Notes under the pieces: generated by a model | Told to the model about the DNA's origin: nothing | Seen by the model: only the letters and a program-made list of their open reading frames with translations | Databases searched by the model: none | Shown here: positions 55,172 through 64,000 of the stretch, piece after piece | Layout: each line of letters begins with the position of its first letter | Numbering within the stretch: the first letter of the stretch is position 1 | Source: Octopus vulgaris | Taxonomy: Eukaryota | DNA: 64,000 bases | NCBI GenBank assembly: GCA_951406725.2 | Contig: OX597842.1 | Coordinates: 18,476,001-18,540,000, forward strand | Direction of reading: 5' to 3' | Position numbers and translations under genes: made by a program

Positions 55172-55906
55172 GTAAGGAATTTTTGAAATTTCAAAATTAT
55201 TTCATTTAATAAATAGTCTACATATTTGTCAATCCGATATCTTTTGGAGCGTGGAAGCACGTGGCTTAGTGGTTAAGGTGTCCGCATCATGATCGTAAGA
55301 TTGTGGTTTCGATTCATGGACCGGGTGACGCGTTGTGTTCTTGAGCAAAACACTTCATTTCACGTTGCTCCAGTCCACTCAGCTGGCAAAAATGAGTAAC
55401 CCTGCGATGGACTGGCACCTGTGACGTCGCAACTCATTATATATATACATACAAGCGTAGGTATAGTGAGATTATTACACACATGTGAGTGAGAACACTT
55501 TGAGATATTTTTGGTATCTAACATATGTCAGATACTGCGAGCGCTGCTTCTGATTGGTCAATCCATGGTGATGACCCGAGGTCACGGTGACGGCACTACT
55601 TTTGTCATTATAAGTTACAACTAAACTTCATTCATTACTTTCGCGAGCAGGTAGAATGTAGCCATGTAATTAACCAAACATACTATCTTTTTTATACCAG
55701 ATATCACTTAAAGTCATATACACATAAAATATAAACATTTCTGGTGGTAATTCAATTTTTTGTTGCCAAAAAAATCACAACATATTTCGTCTGCTCGTTG
55801 ATACTCTTGCAGTGCAGGTAGATCTATCAACAAGATGGCTACTGTTGTCGATACCAAGGTGAATGGTTTTGTTAAATATGGTCGTTTATTCGTGTGTAAT
55901 AAATAA

Positions 55907-56050
55907 AATACCAAACTCATTCCCTATGGATACCGTATTTATTACAACGAGTGGCTTGTAAACGTATCTAACGAGCGAAAGCGAGTTAGATACGTTTACA
56001 AGCCACTCGTTGTAATAAATACGGTATCCATAGGGAATGAGTTTGGTATT
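55907..56050. repeat. Perfect 66-bp inverted repeat with 12-nt loop GAGCGAAAGCGA
   Basis: 55907-55972 is the exact reverse complement of 55985-56050. Confidence 0.95.
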
Positions 56051-56861
56051 CTCTATTTAGTAGACATGAGTTACAGAAAGACGGAAAGAGATTATGAGAA
56101 GGTTCTGTCTCAGCAAAGAAAAGTGTTTGTCTTGTGTTTTGAATGGAAGAAGTACAAGGAAGAAATTTAGGTCGAAGTTCAAAAATATGTTGATGGGACA
56201 GCAAAGATAAAAATGTTCTTACATAGAGACGGCAAAAGTAAGAATGTTCTTATCAGGGTATGAAGTTAAACTCTACCAGGGTCTGAAGGACTTGCTGGAC
56301 CTACCTAGACGTGTGAACAACTCCAGCATCTGGCCAGAAAGTACAATCCCTTAATGCTTAAGGCGGCGAGCTGACCGAAACGTGAAATGCCTAGCGGTAT
56401 TTCGTATGCCGTTACGTTCTGAGTTCAAATTCCGCCGAGGTCGACTTTGCCTTTCATCCTTTCGGGATCGATAAATAAAGTACCAGTTACGCACTAGGGT
56501 CGCTATAATCGACTTAATCCGATTGTCTGTCCTTGTTTGTCCCCTCTCTGTTTAGCCCCTTGTGGGTAGTAAAGAAATAAGAAAGTACAACCCCTCTGAC
56601 ATCCGCTCCACACGTCCGTTCCCCTCATAGTCGTGACCAAAAAAGGAGGATGTTCAAAAGCCCCGCTTCTTCACGTGACATCACTTACCCCTTACATCCG
56701 GTCCCGATGTCTCCCTTTCTTCATCCACGGAATATCAATATCAGACTGAGTTGGGATTGATTCTTGCTGCTTTTATCTTTTGCTTTTTTTCTGATTTTTC
56801 TACTTTCCACGGATGCAACGAATCTTTTACAAAGACTCCGAAATCCTAACTTATTTAGTTA

Positions 56862-59800
56862 CTAGCAGTATCGCCCGGCGTTGCTCGGGTTTGTAAGGGA
56901 AATAACTATATAAGCATTTTTAGAGAGTTATAGCAAAAAAATAGCAAAAAATGGAAAAAAAATGACGGTAAATTATTTTTAAATCGTTGACTCATCGTAG
57001 ACATTTTTAGAGAGTTACTTCCCTTATATAATAGCGGAAAAAAATGCATTAAAATGGAAAAAAATGATGGTAAATTTTTTTTAAATCGTTGACTCATCGT
57101 AGACATTTTTAGAGAGTTACTTCCCTTATAGAATAGCGGAAAAAAATGCATTAAAATGGAAAAAAAATGATGGTAAATTTTTTTTAAATCGTTGACTCAT
57201 CGTAGACATTTTTAGAGAGTTACTTCCCTTATATAATAGCGAAAAATGCATTAAAATGGAAAAAAATCGATGGTCAATTTTTTTTTAAATCGTTGACTCA
57301 TCGTAGACATTTTTAGAGAGTTACTTCCCTTATATAATAGCGAAAAAAATGCATTAAAATGGAAAAAAAATGATGGTCAATTTTTTTTAAATCGTTGACT
57401 CATCGTAGACATTTTTAGAGAGTTATTCCATATATAATAGCGAAAAAAATGCATTAAAATGGAAAAAAAATGACGGTAAATTTTTTTTAAATCGTTGACT
57501 CATCGTAGACATTTTAGAGAGTTACTTCCCTTATATAATAGCGAAAAAATGCATTAAAATGGAAAAAAATGATGGTCAATTTTTTTTTAAATCGTTGACT
57601 CATCGTAGACATTTTTAGAGAGTTACTTCCAAAATGTGAAAAATAGTGAAAATACTAAAAATAGTGAAAAAATGCATTAAAATGGAAAAAAATTATGGTA
57701 ATTTTTTTTAAATCATAGACTCATCGTAGACGCTAATACCCAGAAGGGCTCGATATGAATCACGTCTATAAGATACCAGGTTTTGGTCAAACTGCACCGC
57801 AAAATGTGGGAGTAGTTAGGAATCTAAATCGGAGTAGACAGACACACAACCTTTCTTTTATATATAACTAGCAGTATCGCCCGGCGTTGCTCGGGTTTGT
57901 AAGGGAAATAATTATATAAGCATTTTTAGAGAGTTATAGCCAAAAAATAGCAAAAAAAATGCATTAAAAATGGAAAAAAATTATGGTAAATTTTTTTTTA
58001 AATCGTTGACTCATCGTAGACATTTTTAGAGAGTTACTTCCCTTATATAATAGTAGCATTAAAATGGAAAAAATTATGGAAAAAAATCATAGACTCATAG
58101 ACGCGCGCTAATACCCAGAAGGGCTCGATATGAATCACGTCTATAAGATACCAGGTTTTGGTTAAACTGCACCGCAAAATGTGGGAGTAGTTAGGAATCT
58201 AAATCGTAGGAGACAGACACACAACTTCAAAAAATGGAAAAAAAATGACGGTAAATTTTTTTAAAATCGTTGTCTCATCGTAGACATTTTTAGAGAGTTA
58301 CTTCCCTTATATAATAGCGAAAAAAATGCATTAAAATGGAAAAAAAATGATGGTCAATTTTTTTTAAATCGTTGACTCATCGTAGACATTTTTAGAGAGT
58401 TACTTCCCTTATATAAGAGCGAAAAAAATGCATTAAAATGGAAAAAAATGATGGTCAATTTTTTTTAAATCGTTGACTCATCGTAGACATTTTTAGAGAG
58501 TTACTTCCCTTATATAATAGCGAAAAAAATGCATTAAAATGGAAAAAAAATGATGGTCAATTTTTTTTTAAATCGTTGACTCATCGTAGACATTTTTAGA
58601 GAGTTACTTCCCTTATATAATAGCGAAAAAAATGCATTAAAATGGAAAAAAAATGATGGTCAATTTTTTTTTAAATCGTTGACTCATCGTAGACATTTTT
58701 AGAGAGTTACTTCCCTGAAAAATGTGTGAAAAATAGTGAAAATACTAAAAATAGTGAAAAAATGCATTAAAATGGAAAAAAATTATGGTAATTTTTTTTT
58801 TAAATCATAGACTCATCGTAGACGCGCGCTAATACCCAGAAGGGCTCGATATGAATCACGTCTATAAGATACCTGGTTTTGGTCAAACTGCACCGCAAAA
58901 TGTGGGAGTAGTTAGGAATCTAAATCGGAGTAGACAGACACACAACCTTTCTTTTATATATAACTAGCAGTATCGCCCGGCGTTGCTCGGGTTTGTAAGG
59001 GAAATAATTATATAAGCATTTTTAGAGAGTTATAGCCAAAAAATAGCAAAAAAAATGCATTAAAAATGGAAAAAAATTATGGTAAATTTTTTTTTAAATC
59101 GTTGACTCATCGTAGACATTTTTAGAGAGTTACTTCCCTTATATAATAGTGAAAAAAATGCATTAAAATGGAAAAAATTATGGAAATTTTTTTTTTAAAT
59201 CATAGACTCATCGTAGACGCGCGCTAATACCCAGAAGGGCTCGATATGAATCACGTCTATAAGATACCAGGTTTTGGTTAAACTGCACCGCAAAATGTGG
59301 GAGTAGTTAGGAATCAAAATCGTAGGAGACAGACACACAACTTCTCTTTTATATATAACTAGCAGTATCGCCCGGCGTTGCTCGGGTTTGTAAGGGAAAT
59401 AATTATATAAGCATTTTTAGAGAGTTATAGCCAAAAAATAGCAAAAAAAAATGCATTAAAAATGGAAAAAAAATGATGGTAAATTATTTTTTAAATCGTT
59501 GACTCATCGTAGACATTTTTAGAGAGTTACTTCCCTTATAGAATAGCGGGAAAAAATGCATTAAAATGGAAAAAAATGATGGTAAATTATTTTTTAAATC
59601 GTTGACTCATCGTAGACATTTTTAGAGAGTTACTTCCCTTATAGAATAGCGGGAAAAAATGCATTAAAATGGAAAAAAATGATGGTAAATTTTTTTTTTA
59701 ATCGTAGACTCATCGTAGACGCGCGCTAATACCCAGAAGGGCTCGATATGAATCACGACTATAAGATACCCGGTTTTGGTTAAACTGCACCGCAAAATGT

Positions 59801-60368
59801 GGGAGTAGTTAGGAATCTAAATCGTAGGAGACAGACACACAACTTCTCTTTTATATATAACTAGCAGTATCGCCCGGCGTTGCTCGGGTTTGTAAGGGAA
59901 ATAATTATATAAGCATTTTTAGAGAGTTATAGCCAAAAAATAGCAAAAAAAATGCATTAAAAATGGAAAAAAAATTATGGTAAATTATTTTTTAAATCGT
60001 TGACTCATCGTAGACATTTTTAGAGAGTTACTTCCCTTATAGAATAGCGGGAAAAAATGCATTAAAATGGAAAAAAATGATGGTAAATTATTTTTTAAAT
60101 CGTTGACTCATCGTAGACATTTTTAGAGAGTTACTTCCCTTATAGAATAGCGGGAAAAAATGCATTAAAATGGAAAAAAATGATGGTAAATTTTTTTTTT
60201 AATCGTAGACTCATCGTAGACGCGCGCTAATACCCAGAAGGGCTCGATATGAATCACGACTATAAGATACCCGGTTTTGGTTAAACTGCACCACAAAATG
60301 TGGGAGTAGTTAGGAATCTAAATCGTAGGAGACAGGCACTCACACAACCTCTCTTTTATATATAAGGA
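56862..60368 (-). mobile_element. Head-to-tail array of five non-autonomous Helitrons with internal ~102-bp tandem repeats
   Basis: CTAG 3' termini with hairpin at 56862, 57868, 58964, 59359, 59861; single TC 5' end at 60368. Confidence 0.9.
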
Positions 60369-60489
60369 TTATTCCGATTTTCTGTCTTATTAGTCACCGG
60401 TGTTTTTTCTCCTAAATCCAAATTCTTTGTCTCCCCTAATCTTAATCTTGCACTTCTTCAATTGCTATTTTGCATTCCATCCTCTCACC

Positions 60490-60560
60490 TTCGTTCCTTC
60501 TCTCTCTTTCTTTCTTTCTTCCTTTCTTTCTCTCTTTCTTTCTTTCTTCCTTTCTTTCTC

Positions 60561-60628
<68 letters not shown>

Positions 60629-60669
60629 TCCTTCTTTCTTTTTTATTTCTTTCTTTCGTTCTCTGTCTC

Positions 60670-60706
<37 letters not shown>

Positions 60707-60945
60707 TTCTCTCTTTCTATCTATTTATCTCTCACTCCCTCTCTATCTCTCTCTACCTTCTCTAATTTTTCCTCTCTTTTGCTCTAACACTCTCTCACTC
60801 TCAAACTCTCACTCTCCTCCCCCCCACCACTGTTGTCTCCCTCTCCTTCTCTCCCGCCTACTCTCTTCCCTATATCACATCATAACCTCCTCCTTTCTCG
60901 TCATACCACTCTATCTTCCCTCTTTTACTCTCTCTCTCTCTCTCT
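60490..60945. repeat. (CTTT)n/(CT)n polypyrimidine low-complexity tract
   Basis: Direct observation. Confidence 0.9.
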
Positions 60946-61750
60946 TTTACTTGTTTCAGTCATTTGACTGCGGCCATGCTGGAGCACCGCCTTTAATCGA
61001 GCAAATCGACCCCGGGACTTATTCTTTTGTAAGCCCAGTACTTATTCTATCGGTCTCTTTTGCCGAACCGCTAAGTGACGGGGACGTAAACACACCAGCA
61101 TCGGTTGTCAAGCAATGCTAAGGGGACAAACATACACACACATACATACATATATATATATATACATATATACGACAGGCTTCTTTCAGTTTCCATCTAC
61201 CAAATCCACTCACAAGGCATTGGTCAGCCCAGGGCTACAGTGGAAGACACTTGCCCAAGGTGCCACGCAGTGGGACTGAACCCAGAACCATGTGGTTGGT
61301 TAGCAAGCTACTTACCACACAGCCACTCCTACACCTATATATATATATATACATATATACGACAGGCTTCTTTCAGTTTCCGTCTACCAAATCCACTCAC
61401 AATGCATTGGTCAGCCCGGGGCTACAGTGGAAGACACTTGCCCAAGGTGCCACGCAGTGGGACTGAACCCGGAACCATGTGGTTGGTTAGCAAGCTACTT
61501 ACCACACAGCCACTCCTACACCTATATATATATATATATATATATACGACAGGCTTCTTTCAGTTTCCGTCTACCAAATCCACTCACAAGTCTTTGGTCG
61601 GCTAGGGGCTACAGTGGAAGACACTTGCCCAAGGTGCCACGCAGTGGGACTGAACCCGGAACCATGTGGTTGGTTAGCAAGCTACTTACCACACAGCCAC
61701 TCCTGCGCCTTCTTATATTCTTTACAGATCAGTTAACTTTCTATTTGCAG

Positions 61751-61899
61751 GTTAAATTTCTGCTGATTAAAAAGGACCATGAACGTGCATTCATTTTCAA
61801 CGGAACAGGGACAAATTCTACATCATGGTTCCAGAAAGACAAAGTCCTTATAAATCCACAGACGAAATGGGTTCTACGGACCCTCACATTCAATGAGAA
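61751..61899 (+). CDS. Putative third coding exon (VKFLLIKKDHERAFIFNGTGTNSTSWFQKDKVLINPQTKWVLRTLTFNE)
   Basis: CTTTCTATTTGCAG acceptor, open in phase 0 as required by the previous exon, unique sequence wedged between SINEs; donor AA|GTATAT is weak, so the 3' end is uncertain. Confidence 0.55.
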
Positions 61900-61916
61900 G
61901 TATATATTCTTTTTTT

Positions 61917-64000
61917 CTTTACTTTTACTTGTTTCAGTCATTTGACTCCGGCCATGCTGGAGCACCGCCTTTAATCGAGCAAATCGACCCCGGGACTTAT
62001 TCTTTTGTAAGCCCAGTACTTATTCTATCGGTCTCTTTTGCCGAACCGCTAAGTTTACTCTTTTACTTGTTTCAGTCATTTGACTGCGGCCATGCTGGAG
62101 CACTGCCTTTAATCGAGCAAATCGACCCCGGGACTTATTCTTTTGTAAGCCCAGTACTTATTCTATCGGTCTCTTTTGCCGAACCGCTAAGTTTACTCTT
62201 TTACTTGTTTCAGTCATTTGACTGTGGCCATGCTGGAGCACCGCCTTTAATCGAGCAAATCGACCCCGGGACTTATTCTTTTGTAAGCCCAGTACTTATT
62301 CTATCGGTCTCTTTTGCCGAACCGCTAAGTTTACTCTTTTACTTGTTTCAGTCATTTGACTGTGGTCATGATGGAGCACCGCCTTTAATCGAGCAAATCG
62401 ACCCCGGGACTTATTCTTTTGTAAGCCCAGTACTTATTCTATCGGTCTCTTTTGCCGAACCGCTAAGTTTACTCTTTTACTTGTTTCAGTCATTTGACTG
62501 TGGTCATGATGGAGCACCGCCTTTAATCGAACAAATCGACCCCGGGACTTATTCTTTTGTAAGCCCAGTACTTATTCTATCGGTCTCTTTTGCCGAACCG
62601 CTAAGTTTACTCTTTTACTTGTTTCAGTCATTTGACTGTGGTCATGATGGAGCACCGCCTTTAATCGAACAAATCGACCCCGGGACTTATTCTTTTGTAA
62701 GCCCAGTACTTATTCTATCGGTCTCTTTTGCCGAACCGCTAAGTTTACTCTTTTACTTGTTTCAGTCATTTGACTGTGGTCATGATGGAGCACCGCCTTT
62801 AATCGAGCAAATCGACCCCGGGACTTATTCTTTTGTAAGCCCAGTACTTATTCTATCGGTCTCTTTTTGCCGAACCGCTAAGTTTACTCTTTTACTTGTT
62901 TCAGTCATTTGACTGTGGTCATGCTGGAGCACCGCCTTTAATCGAGCAAATCGACCCCGGGACTTATTCTTTTGTAAGCCCAGTACTTATTCTATCGGTC
63001 TCTTTTGCCGAACCGCTAAGTTTACTCTTTTACTTGTTTCAGTCATTTGACTGTGGTCATGCTGGAGCACCGCCTTTAATCGAGCAAATCGACCCCGGGA
63101 CTTATTCTTTTGTAAGCCCAGTACTTATTCTATCGGTCTCTTTTGCCGAACCGCTAAGTTTACTCTTTTACTTGTTTCAGTCATTTGACTGTGGTCATGC
63201 TGGAGCACCGCCTTTAATCGAGCAAATCGACCCCGGGACTTATTCTTTTGTAAGCCCAGTACTTATTCTATCGGTCTCTTTTGCCGAACCGCTAAGTTTA
63301 CTCTTTTACTTGTTTCAGTCATTTGACTGTGGTCATGCTGGAGCACCGCCTTTAATCGAGCAAATCGACCCGGGACTTATTCTTTTGTAAGCCCAGTACT
63401 TATTCTATCGGTCTCTTTTGCCGAACCGCTAAGTTTACTCTTTTACTTGTTTCAGTCATTTGACTGTGGTCATGCTGGAGCACCGCCTTTAATCGAGCAA
63501 ATCGACCCCGGGACTTATTCTTTTGTAAGCCCAGTACTTATTCTATCGGTCTCTTTTGCCGAACCGCTAAGTTTACTCTTTTACTTGTTTCAGTCATTTG
63601 ACTGTGGTCATGCTGGAGCACCGCCTTTAATCGAGCAAATCGACCCCGGGACTTATTCTTTTGTAAGCCCAGTACTTATTCTATCGGTCTCTTTTGCCGA
63701 ACCGCTAGATTTACTCTTTTACTTGTTTCAGTCATTTGACTGTGGTCATGCTGGAGCTCCGCCTTTAATCGAGCAAATCGACCCCAGGACTTATTCTTTT
63801 GTAAGCCCAGTACTTATTCTATCGGTCTCTTTTGCCGAACCGCTAAGTTTACTCTTTTACTTGTTTCAGTCATTTGACTGTGGTCATGCTGGAGCACCGC
63901 CTTTAATCGAGCAAATCGACCCCGGGACTTATTCTTTTGTAAGCCCAGTACTTATTCTATCGGTCTCTTTTGCTGAACCGCTAAGTTTACTCTTTTACTT
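61917..64000 (-). repeat. 138-bp satellite (~15 copies, runs off the window) from the SINE A 3' segment
   Basis: AAATCGACCC at 61981, 62119...; 46-codon periodicity in the ORF track. Confidence 0.95.

Noticed and set aside
60400-61121. Hydrophobic F/L/S-rich ORFs resembling membrane proteins
   Set aside because: Translation of (CTTT)n/(CT)n low-complexity DNA
61893-63390. 339-aa and 164-aa ORFs of 46-aa repeats
   Set aside because: Antisense reading of the 138-bp SINE-derived satellite; broken by 1-bp indels; no coding evidence

Overview
Eukaryotic, AT-rich, repeat-saturated DNA with long (TA)n, (TACA)n and (TAA)n tracts, tRNA-derived SINE families and one 100-N gap. The repeat content suggests an octopus or other cephalopod (inference only). 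Mobile DNA dominates. It includes a near full-length Tx1/L1-clade retrotransposon (CCHC ORF1; APE-RT-zinc finger ORF2) nested in a Helitron-like element, and RTE, CR1, R4/Dong-like and Penelope-like remnants. There are also non-autonomous Helitrons (one a head-to-tail array), pogo-, piggyBac- and mariner-type MITEs, SINE-derived satellites and a ~4 kb tandem duplication. One probable host gene is visible on the + strand: three phase-compatible exons (49931-50260, 55074-55171, 61751-~61899) encoding a secreted PAN/apple-like protein. The most notable observations are: (i) several unrelated short elements, mostly beside (TA)n tracts, each carrying a minimal hammerhead-ribozyme fold, with covarying core position 3-8 pairs (C-G, U-A, G-C); (ii) a SINE sharing its 3' tail with the Tx1 LINE; (iii) a structured bipartite RTE-derived element amplified in tandem; (iv) a minisatellite derived from a duplicated coding exon; (v) a perfect 66-bp hairpin capped by GCGAAAGC. 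All calls were made by eye with no database searches, and many boundaries are approximate.
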